This document shows positions 18,924 to 28,799 of a stretch of 64,000 nt of DNA, one piece after another. Numbering within the stretch: position 1 is the stretch's first letter; every line of letters begins with the position of its first letter. The position numbers and the translations under genes are program-made. The notes beneath the pieces were generated by a model. That model saw only the letters and a list, made by a program, of their open reading frames with translations. It ran no database searches and was not told the origin of the DNA. Source of the stretch: Sphingomonadaceae bacterium (GTDB taxonomy: Bacteria; Pseudomonadota; Alphaproteobacteria; Sphingomonadales; Sphingomonadaceae); the NCBI GenBank assembly GCA_041739175.1, contig JBGSOJ010000007.1, positions 937 through 64,936 on the forward strand. Direction: 5' to 3'.

Positions 18924-19508
18924 ATGCGGGCGAATAGGCGGAAAGTTGGGTTGAGAACGGCGGCGTTTACTGCTGTCGTCACGCTAACCCTGCCCCTTAC
19001 CGCCGCGACGGATGCTTATGGCTATTCTGTTGAAAGCGAATATTCCAACCAAGTGCCTTCGGAACAAAGCGATCCCTTTCCACAACAAACAAGCAGCAAC
19101 ACAGCACCAGCGCCCACGGAAAAAAGCCGTCCGGCGAGGCCGAAAGGCAATCCGGGCAATTGGGTGCCGAAATCGGCTTATCCTAGAATAAATTGCTGCC
19201 GGGGATGCCCAGAAGGCGTAGTCGGATTCACATTAACAATTGGCAAGAATGGCCGCCCCACAAAATGCGAAATTACAAGCAGCTCTGGTCACTATGATTT
19301 AGACGCTGCAACCTGCCCTAACCTCATGAAGCGCGCCAGATTTGAACCCGCGACGGATTCTTATGGCTATCCCATTGAAAGCTATTATTCCAACCGCGTG
19401 CGATGGGAACAACCACGCAATACCGCTCCATCGCAGTCAATTGGTCAATTGCCACCTGTATCGTCCGACAAAAGCCGTCCTGCTCGCCCGAAATCTATGA
19501 CTTCTTAA
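18924..19508 (+). CDS. exported TonB C-terminal-domain protein (first module of a tandem pair)
   Basis: Signal-like N-terminus, KSRPARPK Pro/basic linker, TonB_C-like GVVGFTLTIGKNGRPTKCEITSSSG...RARFEP. Ends at an in-frame TAA. Confidence 0.65.
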   Translation: MRANRRKVGLRTAAFTAVVTLTLPLTAATDAYGYSVESEYSNQVPSEQSDPFPQQTSSNTAPAPTEKSRPARPKGNPGNWVPKSAYPRINCCRGCPEGVVGFTLTIGKNGRPTKCEITSSSGHYDLDAATCPNLMKRARFEPATDSYGYPIESYYSNRVRWEQPRNTAPSQSIGQLPPVSSDKSRPARPKSMTS

Positions 19509-19553
19509 CCCTACCCAGGGCTGGCACCAATATACAGTCCGGTAGAAACCGAG

Positions 19554-19757
19554 ATGGGGTTCACATTGGTTGTGGGTGCTAATGGGCGCCCCACCAAGTG
19601 TGAAGTTAGTGCTAGCTCGGGATTTCCAGAAATTGACAAAGCCGCCTGCGACCGATTGATGAAGCAGGCTCGATTTGAACCGGTGCTAGACCGGAATGGT
19701 CGACCGACTGAAGGAACATATTCCCATCGCGTTAAGTTAAGTAAGGACCCCCGCTAA
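19554..19757 (+). pseudogene. second TonB_C module, same frame as 18924..19508, separated only by a TAA stop
   Basis: MGFTLVVGANGRPTKCEVSASSG...QARFEP parallels the first module. No signal peptide or obvious RBS of its own. Confidence 0.4.
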
Positions 19758-19760
19758 CCC

Positions 19761-20357
19761 CTACCCCAGCGGCCTCCTTGCCCTAAGCGCCTGTGCCAGC
19801 GTGCCTTCGTCTAAATAATCCAACTCCCCGCCCACGGGCAGGCCATGCGCGAGCTGCGTTAACCGCACGGGGAAGCCCTCCAACCGTTCGGCGAGGTAAT
19901 GCGCGGTCGTCTGCCCCTCTAGCGTTGCGTTCATGGCAAGGACGACCTCGTCAATGCCGCCCGCCTCCACGCGGGACAACAGGGACGCGATGTTCAAATC
20001 CTCTGGCCGCACACCGTCCAGCGCGCTTAAATGCCCGCCCAGCACATGGTAGCGCCCGGGGAACAATCGGCTTTTGTCGAGCGCCCAAAGGTCGCTGACC
20101 TCCTCCACCACGCACAAGGCGCGGTCATCGCGGCGCGGGTCGGTGCAGATGGCGCAAGGGTCGCTGGTATCGACATTGCCGCATTGCGAGCACTCCGACA
20201 ATCGCGCCTCCACACCCTCCAACGCGCGGAGCAAGGGCAACATCGCCCCCTCCCGCCGCTTCATCAGGTGCAGCACCGCACGCCGCGCCGAACGCGGTCC
20301 TAGTCCCGGCAGGCGGGACAAAGCCTGCACCAATGCCTCAATTTCTTGCGATGCCAT
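19761..20357 (-). CDS. recR: recombination protein RecR
   Basis: [26 protein letters not shown] HhH, C4 zinc finger [16 protein letters not shown], Toprim region. Confidence 0.9.
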   Translation of the reverse strand: MASQEIEALVQALSRLPGLGPRSARRAVLHLMKRREGAMLPLLRALEGVEARLSECSQCGNVDTSDPCAICTDPRRDDRALCVVEEVSDLWALDKSRLFPGRYHVLGGHLSALDGVRPEDLNIASLLSRVEAGGIDEVVLAMNATLEGQTTAHYLAERLEGFPVRLTQLAHGLPVGGELDYLDEGTLAQALRARRPLG

Positions 20358-20430
20358 GGGGAGGCGATTAAGGGGTGCGGAGCCGTTTGTCACCTGCGTT
20401 GTGTAGGGACGCGGATTTGAAGGGGCCGCG

Positions 20431-21336
20431 ATGCGCATCATCTTTATGGGAACGCCGGAGTTTGCGGTGCCGACGCTGAACGCGTTGGTGCAGGCGGGGC
20501 ATGATGTAGTCGCGGTTTACTCGCAACCGCCGCGGCGCGCGGGTCGAGGCAAGCTGCTCACCCCATCGCCGGTGCAGGCGCGGGCTGAGGAACTGGGGCT
20601 GACCACTTTGCATCCCGTGTCGTTACGGACCGAGGAGGCGCAGGCTGAATTTGCTGCGTTCGACGCCGATGTTGCGGTGGTCGCGGCCTATGGTCTCATC
20701 CTACCGCAAGCGATATTGGACGCGCCGCGGAGGGGTTGTTTGAACGTCCACGGCTCATTGCTGCCAAGGTGGCGCGGGGCGGCGCCGATACAGCGCGGTA
20801 TCCTTGCGGGCGATACATTCGGCGGCGTCACGATTATGCAGATGGAGACAGCGTTGGACACTGGCCCGATGCTGGCCATGGCCGACACCAAATTGGCGGG
20901 CAAGACGGCGGGTGATGCCACCGCCGAAATCGCTTATATGGGCGCAAGGTTGATGGCCGATGTGCTGGACGACTTGGACGAATTTGAGGCGGTGCCGCAA
21001 CAGGAGGAAGGCGTCAGCTACGCCGCGAAAATCGACAAGGCGGAGGCGCGGTTGAACTTTGCCCAACCAGCTGAGGCGGTGTTGCGGCAGGTGCTGGCGT
21101 TCAACCCCGCCCCCGGGGCATTTTTTGAATATGAGGGCGAACGCTATCGGGTGCTGTCGGCGGAAAAGGTGGATGGTATTGGCGATGCTGGCGCGGTGTT
21201 GGATGATCGCCTCACCATCGCCTGTGCGACGGGAGCCATCCGACCCACCCTCATCCAACGCGCTGGCAAGCCCGCGATGGCGACCGCCGACCTGCTGCGT
21301 GGTCGCGCGATTCCTGCTGGGACACAGCTTTCGTGA
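20431..21336 (+). CDS. fmt: methionyl-tRNA formyltransferase
   Basis: [19 protein letters not shown]..., [18 protein letters not shown]. Confidence 0.95.
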   Translation: MRIIFMGTPEFAVPTLNALVQAGHDVVAVYSQPPRRAGRGKLLTPSPVQARAEELGLTTLHPVSLRTEEAQAEFAAFDADVAVVAAYGLILPQAILDAPRRGCLNVHGSLLPRWRGAAPIQRGILAGDTFGGVTIMQMETALDTGPMLAMADTKLAGKTAGDATAEIAYMGARLMADVLDDLDEFEAVPQQEEGVSYAAKIDKAEARLNFAQPAEAVLRQVLAFNPAPGAFFEYEGERYRVLSAEKVDGIGDAGAVLDDRLTIACATGAIRPTLIQRAGKPAMATADLLRGRAIPAGTQLS

Positions 21337-22115
21337 CCAGATTTGCTCTGACCATTGAGTTTGATGGCCGACCCTTCATGGGCTGGCAACGTCAGGCGCA
21401 TGGCCCGTCGGTGCAGCAGGCTTTGCAGGATGCAATCCATGGCATCACGGGTCAAGACGTCGCGGTCAACGGCGCTGGCCGCACGGATGCGGGTGTCCAT
21501 GCTCTCGCCATGCGCGCGCATTTTGATGTGGAGACACAACTTTCGGCTTTCCGTTTGCAAGAGGGCATCAATGCCAAACTCCGCCCGAATCCCGTTGCTG
21601 TTCTGGCCTGCGAAGAAGTCGGTGAAAATTGGCACGCGCGCTTTTCGTGCACAGGGCGGTCCTATGTCTATCGTATCCGCAACCGCCGTGCGCCATTGAC
21701 CTATGAGGATGGCCTGGTGTGGCGTGTGGCGCACGAACTGGACGCCCAGGCCATGGATGATGCGGCGCAAATCCTCGTCGGGCGACATGATTTCAGCACC
21801 TTTCGATCGGTGCAATGTCAGGCGAAAAGCCCGCTAAAAACACTCGACAGGTTGGATGTCACGCGCGCCGGTGAATATATCGACATCCGCGCGGAGGCGC
21901 TCAGTTTCCTGCATCATCAGGTGCGGTCTATGGTCGGGTGCCTTGCGCTGGTCGGGACGGGGAAATGGAGCGAGGGTGATTTGGCCGCTGCTTTGGCGGC
22001 GAAGGACAGGCAGGCATTGGGCCAGAACGCACCGCCAGATGGGCTGTATTTTGTTAGCGCACGATACGATCCGCGCGCCGATTTGCCGCCGAAAGGATAT
22101 GATTTATCCGAATAG
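21333..22115 (+). CDS. truA: tRNA pseudouridine(38-40) synthase TruA
   Basis: GTGA overlap with fmt. Catalytic [11 protein letters not shown] motif. Confidence 0.9.
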   Translation: MTRFALTIEFDGRPFMGWQRQAHGPSVQQALQDAIHGITGQDVAVNGAGRTDAGVHALAMRAHFDVETQLSAFRLQEGINAKLRPNPVAVLACEEVGENWHARFSCTGRSYVYRIRNRRAPLTYEDGLVWRVAHELDAQAMDDAAQILVGRHDFSTFRSVQCQAKSPLKTLDRLDVTRAGEYIDIRAEALSFLHHQVRSMVGCLALVGTGKWSEGDLAAALAAKDRQALGQNAPPDGLYFVSARYDPRADLPPKGYDLSE

Positions 22116-23993
22116 CCGCGCTGTGCTTTTGTCGAGCATCAGCAATTGCCACAGTGTTCGGCTATGGTCCGAACGCCCGCCGATATGCGCGTCGGCCATT
22201 TTCGAGATCGCCTCGGCGTTGAACCAACCGCTGTCAATCAATTGCTCCGACCGCGATAGGGCGCGCACCTCATCCGCCAAAGGCCCGCGCATCCACTGCG
22301 CAATCGGCGTGACGAAGCCCATTTTTGGGCGGTAGAGAATGTCGTGCGGCAAATCCGGCTCCATCGCCTTTTTCATCGCCCATTTCCCCTGCCCGCCCCG
22401 CACACGCATGTCCTCTGGCAAGGCCGCGCAATATTCCAGCAGCGCGTGGTCGAGCAAAGGCTCCCGGGCCTCCAGCGATACCGCCATGCTGGTGCGATCG
22501 ACTTTGGTAAGGATATCTCCGGGCAGCCATAATTTCATATCGGCATATTGCGCCGCGTCCAGGCCTGAGCGCGCGGGGGCATTGGCCATCGTATCGTAAT
22601 AGATTTGCTCGGCGCGATAGCCCTGCGCTTCGCTCACCATCACGGAACCGTACAGCGTATGCCGCAATGCGTGCGGCGTTGCGCCCACGGCTTGCGCGTA
22701 TGCCTCTGGCCCGGATTGCGCAAGGGCCAACAAGGTCGTTTTTGCCCGCAAGGGTTGCGGCGCCCAGTCTGCCTTGGGGTAGATTTGACCAATTGGCCCC
22801 AACACTTTGTCGCGCCAAAACGCAGGAATCCGCGCCCGTGCCTGCTCTTCTCCATGAAAGAAAACATGGCGGCGATATCCCGCCAATGCCTCATCCATCC
22901 CATCGCCAGAAAGCGCAACGGTGACCGTTTCGCGGGCCAGCTCGCTCACGCGATAGGTCGGCAAAGCGCTGGCATCAGCGAACGGTTCATCAAAATGATG
23001 CACCAAGGTGTCGATCAGCGCAAAATCGGCACTACCAACCCGCCGCGTGCGGTGATCGCACCCGAATTGGCGTGCTATTCGTTCGGCATATGCGGTCTCA
23101 TCGAGGTTGGCTTGATCAAACCCAATGGAGCAGCTTTTCACCGGCGCATCGCTGATTTCAGCCATCAGCGCCACCACGCTGGAGCTATCGACACCGCCCG
23201 ATAGAAACGCACCTAGGCTTACATCGGCGATCATCCGGCTTTGCACCGCGCGCGCCAAATGATCGCGCAGGCCATCGATCATGTCCTCCGCGCTGCCTGC
23301 ATGGCGGCGGGAGAAATCAATGTCCCAATATTGCGTTTGTGTGCCCATTTGCCCCGGTGCAATCCGTAGCATGTGCCCCGCGGCAAGTTTCTCAACGCCT
23401 TGCACAATGCACCGGTGGTCGGGAACGTAGCCAAAGGCCATATAATCCTCCAACGCCAGCATGTCGGGCACACGCCGAAGCTCCGGCAGCGTTAGCAAAC
23501 CTTTCAACTCACTGGCAAAGGCAACCGTCCCATCGGGCAAACGCGCATGATAGAGCGGCTTTACGCCCAGTCGGTCGCGCACCAATGTCACACTGCGATC
23601 ACGGGCATCGTGAATGGCGAAGGCGAACATACCGTTTAGCCGGTCCACCGCTCTTTCGCCCCATTCACGCCATGCGGCAAGGATAACCTCCGTATCGCTG
23701 TGCGTTTGGAACACATGACCCTTGCCAACAAGTTCGCGGCGCAAATCGATGAAATTGTATATTTCACCGTTAAAGGTGATGGTCAGCCACCCATCAGCGC
23801 TCTGCATCGGTTGTCGTCCACCCGCTAGGTCGATAATCGACAACCGCAAATGTCCAAAAGCCGCTCCGTTTGTGCTCCATAGTCCATCGCCGTCAGGGCC
23901 GCGGTGCCGCATGGGGTCGAGCATTGCCTGCACCTTTGCGGTATCCATTTGCGCCCGACCGTCAGCCGCAATCAGGCCAGCAATGCCGCACAT
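22104..23993 (-). CDS. glutamine-hydrolysing asparagine synthase family amidotransferase, XrtA/PEP-CTERM-locus type
   Basis: N-terminal MCGIAG Ntn nucleophile and PP-loop FLSGGVDSS. Last gene of the exosortase operon, where this family normally sits. Confidence 0.85.
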   Translation of the reverse strand: MCGIAGLIAADGRAQMDTAKVQAMLDPMRHRGPDGDGLWSTNGAAFGHLRLSIIDLAGGRQPMQSADGWLTITFNGEIYNFIDLRRELVGKGHVFQTHSDTEVILAAWREWGERAVDRLNGMFAFAIHDARDRSVTLVRDRLGVKPLYHARLPDGTVAFASELKGLLTLPELRRVPDMLALEDYMAFGYVPDHRCIVQGVEKLAAGHMLRIAPGQMGTQTQYWDIDFSRRHAGSAEDMIDGLRDHLARAVQSRMIADVSLGAFLSGGVDSSSVVALMAEISDAPVKSCSIGFDQANLDETAYAERIARQFGCDHRTRRVGSADFALIDTLVHHFDEPFADASALPTYRVSELARETVTVALSGDGMDEALAGYRRHVFFHGEEQARARIPAFWRDKVLGPIGQIYPKADWAPQPLRAKTTLLALAQSGPEAYAQAVGATPHALRHTLYGSVMVSEAQGYRAEQIYYDTMANAPARSGLDAAQYADMKLWLPGDILTKVDRTSMAVSLEAREPLLDHALLEYCAALPEDMRVRGGQGKWAMKKAMEPDLPHDILYRPKMGFVTPIAQWMRGPLADEVRALSRSEQLIDSGWFNAEAISKMADAHIGGRSDHSRTLWQLLMLDKSTARLFG

Positions 23994-25555
23994 TATGGCT
24001 GCACCGCGGTAAGGCCGGAAACCCGGTCAACCATCGGTCCAATTGGACCCAGCGCGTGCAAGAACGCCTGCACATCGGCGCGCGCGTCGCGGCCCTCGCG
24101 TATTTCCGCCGACACCAAAATCGCCGATACCCGCTGGTCACCGCCCAGCAACCGATTTTGCAGTGACAGCCATTTGACGGTGGCGCTGTCCGCTGTCGTT
24201 GTGCCGCGCAGGCGAAAGGCAGTGGCCACTTCGCGGCGGATTGGGCCAGGGGCGCTGACCTGCTGTCCGATAGGCGACGCGTCGGCGGCGGTATAGCGCG
24301 GTGTATTGGCGCTCCACACCCAATTGTTTGATGGGTCCGCCGCGCCAGCATCGACCGCCAAAAGCTCTCGGCCCGGCGCTTGCCGATCATAGACCGCCAC
24401 AAACAGGTCGACAATTGCACCATCAGCTGTGCTATAGCGCGCTAGCACGGTGTGGCTGGCGCCCGGGAAATGCGGCCAATAGGGGCGTATCGGCGCGGTG
24501 TTTTCGACCTGCCAGCCGGCAACCTCCGGCAAGTATATGCGCGCCGGCAAATTGGCACCATCGGACGCCTGCGTTGCCAGCAAAGCGGCCGGTGCGGACA
24601 GCAATAACCCCCCAATCACGGCAAACATCATCGGCATAGCAAAGCGGTTCGGCCGCGCAAAATCGGCTGCGCGAATAAACTGATCATGCGGATGCCGATC
24701 GAACCAGCGCCACGCGCCACCCAAGATCAATGCCAAAACGAAGGCAAAAAAGAACCAACCATAAAACACATGATCGAAGCCCGCAGCGAACTCAATCCCC
24801 TGATAATGCGCGATATACATTGTGCCCCACGCGCGCACGCCGTTGGCAAGGATCGGGACGACGACACAGGCCATCATGAATATGGCCCGCCGCGGCCAGC
24901 TGGTAAAACACACATGCGCCACCATCGTACCAAGCGCGATCGTCGCGATCAGAAAGTTGACGCCTGCACACGCCTCCGCCACCCGGAAATAGCCTGTAGG
25001 CGTGGTGATGAAAATGCCAGACAAAGTAGCCGGAATGCCGGACCAGTCCAACAATACCATCGACATATCTGCCGTCAGCATCTGCAACGGGGCAACAAGC
25101 TGATCACCCAACGGAACGAGGAAAAACGAATAAAAGAACGGAAATGTTAGCGCGCGCGAAGCATTGGGGCCAATGACCGCCATTGCCATCCCTTGCAGCA
25201 GTATGACCAGCCCCAGATGCCGTCCTGCCGAAATCTCCATGCTAAACCCGGCGACCCACGCGACGACACCGGCGGCCATCCATGCCAAGCCACCGGCCCA
25301 GCCTACCGGCGCAATTTTTTGTAGCTCCGGCCAACGCTGCCATACCATCCAAGCAATCACGGGCGCGACAAGTATGCAATGCTCATAAACGCTGCTGTTC
25401 CAATAGACATCGGCCAGATCAACAGTGTCTTGCCAAAACAGGGCAAGAAGGAATGCCCAGCCCAAACCCACCCACAATCCGGCATTATCCCAGTCATTCT
25501 GGTTCGCCCTCGCCAATGCAAAACGCGGACGCAATTGGGTTAGCCCGAAACTCAT
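23993..25555 (-). CDS. xrtA: exosortase A with C-terminal EpsI-like periplasmic domain (fusion)
   Basis: About 8 TM helices with the conserved Cys region FRVAEACAGVNFL. About 200-aa soluble C-terminal extension. 1-nt TAATG overlap with the downstream gene. Confidence 0.8.
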   Translation of the reverse strand: MSFGLTQLRPRFALARANQNDWDNAGLWVGLGWAFLLALFWQDTVDLADVYWNSSVYEHCILVAPVIAWMVWQRWPELQKIAPVGWAGGLAWMAAGVVAWVAGFSMEISAGRHLGLVILLQGMAMAVIGPNASRALTFPFFYSFFLVPLGDQLVAPLQMLTADMSMVLLDWSGIPATLSGIFITTPTGYFRVAEACAGVNFLIATIALGTMVAHVCFTSWPRRAIFMMACVVVPILANGVRAWGTMYIAHYQGIEFAAGFDHVFYGWFFFAFVLALILGGAWRWFDRHPHDQFIRAADFARPNRFAMPMMFAVIGGLLLSAPAALLATQASDGANLPARIYLPEVAGWQVENTAPIRPYWPHFPGASHTVLARYSTADGAIVDLFVAVYDRQAPGRELLAVDAGAADPSNNWVWSANTPRYTAADASPIGQQVSAPGPIRREVATAFRLRGTTTADSATVKWLSLQNRLLGGDQRVSAILVSAEIREGRDARADVQAFLHALGPIGPMVDRVSGLTAVQP

Positions 25556-26787
25556 GCGGCTTTTTCCCTTGTGGCATACGCAATTTTCGCGCCATCTCCG
25601 ATCAATATCGTTTCCAGCGGATTAAGCGCGGCTGTCCAGCCATATTGCGCCATGACATGCGCACGCGCGGCGCGCCCGATTGTCGCCCGGCGGGAGGCGT
25701 CCGAAAGCAGGTCTATCGCCATCCGCGCTTCATCGGCGGCGGTGGGGGCAATGACAAAATGCGTGCCATCGATTGCGTCTATGCCTTCCGCGGCCATTGC
25801 GGATGCCAGCACTGGCCGTGCCATCGCCATCGCTTCCAGAACCTTGTTCTGGATACCGCGCGCTATGCGAAGCGGCGCAACCACCAAATCGGCTGCGGCG
25901 AGATAGCTGCGGACATCATCAACCGCGCCGGTGACGGTAACGCCGGGCAATTCGCCAAGCGCCGTCACGCCTGCCGTCGGTTGCCGCCCGACAATAAGGA
26001 ATTGGGCATCCCTATGGCTTTGCCCGATCATGGGGAGGACGTCGCGCGCGAAACTGTCAACCGCCTCGACGTTGGGCCGATAATCCATTTGGCCGGTAAA
26101 CACGATCAATGGCGCGTGCGATGCGGGAAGCCGAACAAAATCCGCTTCGGGATTGTAGAATATGCAATCTATGCCATTGGACAGTGCCGCGACTCTCTCG
26201 CCCGACAGGCCAGACCGCGCCCTGAACAGCGCCGCTTCGGCCTCGCTGACGAAAAAGTTCTTATCGGCGCGGGACGCAACATCGCGCTCCATCGCGGCAA
26301 GCATTTTGCCTTCGCGCGCGTTGACCCAACGCATGATCGGATTGCCCGCCGCCGAATAGCTCTCAAACTTCGCGCTATCGACATCGACAAAGTCCATAAT
26401 GACGCGGCCCGCAAAGTCGGCAGGAATATACTGCGCCATTTGACCGGAGAAGATCACAATGCGGTCAATCGGGTGCGTGGCCAAGGTGTGTTGCACCCAT
26501 GCCGCCAAACGGGCGTCATAAAACGCCGCGACCGAGACCGGCACTAGGCGTGCCAGCGCCTCAATCCCCGCGCGCCAATTCGGCTTGGTGCGCATGGCGA
26601 CATGGTGGCTTTTGGATAGGGCGGCCAAGTCCGCAGCGAACCCGGCATCACGGTCATCCTCGGCAAAGCTGCCGATATGCACCGGCGCGATTTCCGCCAG
26701 TCGCCGCAACATCCAGTGCGACCGAATTTTGTCACCCCGATCGGGCGGCCACGGGATGCGGTGGCAAAGGAAGAGAATCTCGCCCAT
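25552..26787 (-). CDS. GT-B (GT4-like) glycosyltransferase, PEP-CTERM/EpsH1-associated sugar transferase type
   Basis: MGEILFLCHRIPWPPDRGDKIRSHW N-terminus and C-terminal GIQNKVLEAMAMARPVLAS. ATGA overlap with xrtA. Confidence 0.8.
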   Translation of the reverse strand: MGEILFLCHRIPWPPDRGDKIRSHWMLRRLAEIAPVHIGSFAEDDRDAGFAADLAALSKSHHVAMRTKPNWRAGIEALARLVPVSVAAFYDARLAAWVQHTLATHPIDRIVIFSGQMAQYIPADFAGRVIMDFVDVDSAKFESYSAAGNPIMRWVNAREGKMLAAMERDVASRADKNFFVSEAEAALFRARSGLSGERVAALSNGIDCIFYNPEADFVRLPASHAPLIVFTGQMDYRPNVEAVDSFARDVLPMIGQSHRDAQFLIVGRQPTAGVTALGELPGVTVTGAVDDVRSYLAAADLVVAPLRIARGIQNKVLEAMAMARPVLASAMAAEGIDAIDGTHFVIAPTAADEARMAIDLLSDASRRATIGRAARAHVMAQYGWTAALNPLETILIGDGAKIAYATREKAA

Positions 26788-26790
26788 CGC

Positions 26791-27867
26791 CTAACCCAAT
26801 CCACGCGCGAGCCAGGGGCCAATAATGTTGGCAACCGGCAATGGCAGGCGTTTCCAAAGGTCGATCATTGCCGCGAACTTTCCGCTCGTCGGATCAATAT
26901 CGCGCGCGCCGCCATCGGCGCTCCATTCGGCATAGGTGAGCGGCGTCGGTTCCATGCCGAAGTTTTTCTTGAAATTATAACTGCCCGCGCCGACCTTCGA
27001 CCGGCCAAAGTCAAAGCGGTGGTATCCGCGTGCGCGCGCGTGACACATGAGCTTATAATACATGACTTCATTGGCGCGAAAATGCCGCGCCGCGTCGCCG
27101 CCGCCACCCCAATACGGCATCACGACGCCTTTGTGATACAGGCTAAGCACCGCCGCCAGCGCCATACCATCGGGCGCACGAACGATCAGGATTTCGGCGT
27201 CCTCGGCAAATTCGGCGCGCATCGCATCAAACAGGCTTTTGGGGAAAACAGGTGTACCAAGGTTGCGCACCGATAGCGCATATAGGGCATAATGGTCTTT
27301 GGCCAGCGCATCGCAATTGCCGGCTTCGATGGTCAGGCCATTGTCCAGTCCCTTGCGCACTTCGGCGCGTTGCTTGCGCTTAATCGCGAGCAATTGCGCT
27401 TCATCATCGGTGGCCAAATCCCAGGCAAAGTTGCAATGCGCGCCCTCGATACGGTGCCAATCGGGTGGCAGATGTTCCGCCCCGCCGCGCAATTCGATTG
27501 AACCGACGCCATTGCGCGCCGCCCAATTTTTCGCCGCATCCGCAAGCCTTTCGGCAACCGAACCGCGATCCGCCAGAATGCCGCCGCCGACGCCAAAGCC
27601 GCTGCTGACCAAAGCGCGCCCGAACAGAATATGATGCATATCGGTCATCGGCAATACGCCTGCGATATGCCCCAAAGCGTCGCGCGCCACCAATACAACG
27701 GCGACTTGCCTTGTTCCTTTTGCGACGGCGCGCAGCCATTGCGGGCGGTGAAACACCTGCCCGTCAGGATGTGCCATGACATAGGCGTCGACCGCCGCTG
27801 CCTGTGCCTTGTTGAACATATCGGCGGTTTCAACGGCCAAGGAATGAAGCTCCGCGTCCATCTTCAT
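26791..27867 (-). CDS. FemAB-family protein, PEP-CTERM-locus type
   Basis: Size and position match. GNAT-like duplicated fold features (YHRFDFGRS...). ATGA overlap with the deacetylase stop at start 27867. Confidence 0.7.
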   Translation of the reverse strand: MKMDAELHSLAVETADMFNKAQAAAVDAYVMAHPDGQVFHRPQWLRAVAKGTRQVAVVLVARDALGHIAGVLPMTDMHHILFGRALVSSGFGVGGGILADRGSVAERLADAAKNWAARNGVGSIELRGGAEHLPPDWHRIEGAHCNFAWDLATDDEAQLLAIKRKQRAEVRKGLDNGLTIEAGNCDALAKDHYALYALSVRNLGTPVFPKSLFDAMRAEFAEDAEILIVRAPDGMALAAVLSLYHKGVVMPYWGGGGDAARHFRANEVMYYKLMCHARARGYHRFDFGRSKVGAGSYNFKKNFGMEPTPLTYAEWSADGGARDIDPTSGKFAAMIDLWKRLPLPVANIIGPWLARGLG

Positions 27868-28793
27868 GCCGCAAAGTCCAATGCGCGGGCAGCCAAATGC
27901 CGTTCCAATAAGGCATCCATGCGGCCCCACTCAAAATCCGTCATCACTTGGCGCAACTTGCCAGCCATGCCCGACAGGTTTGTGTAATGCCGTATTTTCG
28001 ACTTCAGCGGCGCGTTGGCGACGCGCGGCTGATCGGGGTCGATTTCCCAAGGGTGGAAGTAAAACAGCGCGCTTTGCCCCTGACTGTTCACTTGGGAAAT
28101 GGCCCATTTGCTGAGCGCGTAGGGCAGCAGCCGGAAAAACCCGCCGCCGCCTGCCGCCATCCGCCGCCCGCCAACCAGTGCGGTGGTCACAGGAAATTCA
28201 ACCAGATCGCTGCCCTTCACAGGGTTCCAAGCAAAACGTGGGCTTTCGGGCCAGCCATAATGGTCATGCGCAATTGGCGCGACGCTGCTGCTATAGCGAT
28301 AGCCTTGCTCGGCCAGCACTTCGTGTGCCCAAGGTGTACGTTTATCGATAGAAAAGCTGGGCGCGCGATAACCGATGACACGTGTACCACTGGCATCCTC
28401 TAGCAATTTTCGGGTTCGTTCCAAATCGGCGGCAAAGCGTGCACGGTCCATAGTGAACACGCGGTCGTGGCCGTAACCGTGGCTTGCAAGTTCATGCCCC
28501 GCATCGACAATTCGCCGCATCAACGCAGGATACCGTTCCGCCACCCAACCCAATGTAAAGAAGGTCGCGCTAACGCCTGCTTCGGCATAAAGCGCAAGCA
28601 CAGCATCGGTGTTGCTCTCCACTCGGCATTCCAGACTGTCCCAATCGGCAGGCGCAATCGTGTTTTCAAACGCACCGACCTGAAACCAGTCTTCGATGTC
28701 GACTGACATAGCATTGATCGGGGCGGTGTCGGGGCGCACGATTTTTTCCTTTGTCCGAACAGGCAAGCGATTTGAACCCCATCCCAGGTCCAA
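27864..28793 (-). CDS. polysaccharide deacetylase (NodB-like), PEP-CTERM-locus subfamily
   Basis: INAMSVDIEDWFQV start motif and HELASHGYGH metal site. Confidence 0.8.
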   Translation of the reverse strand: MDLGWGSNRLPVRTKEKIVRPDTAPINAMSVDIEDWFQVGAFENTIAPADWDSLECRVESNTDAVLALYAEAGVSATFFTLGWVAERYPALMRRIVDAGHELASHGYGHDRVFTMDRARFAADLERTRKLLEDASGTRVIGYRAPSFSIDKRTPWAHEVLAEQGYRYSSSVAPIAHDHYGWPESPRFAWNPVKGSDLVEFPVTTALVGGRRMAAGGGGFFRLLPYALSKWAISQVNSQGQSALFYFHPWEIDPDQPRVANAPLKSKIRHYTNLSGMAGKLRQVMTDFEWGRMDALLERHLAARALDFAA

Positions 28794-28799
28794 TTTTGA

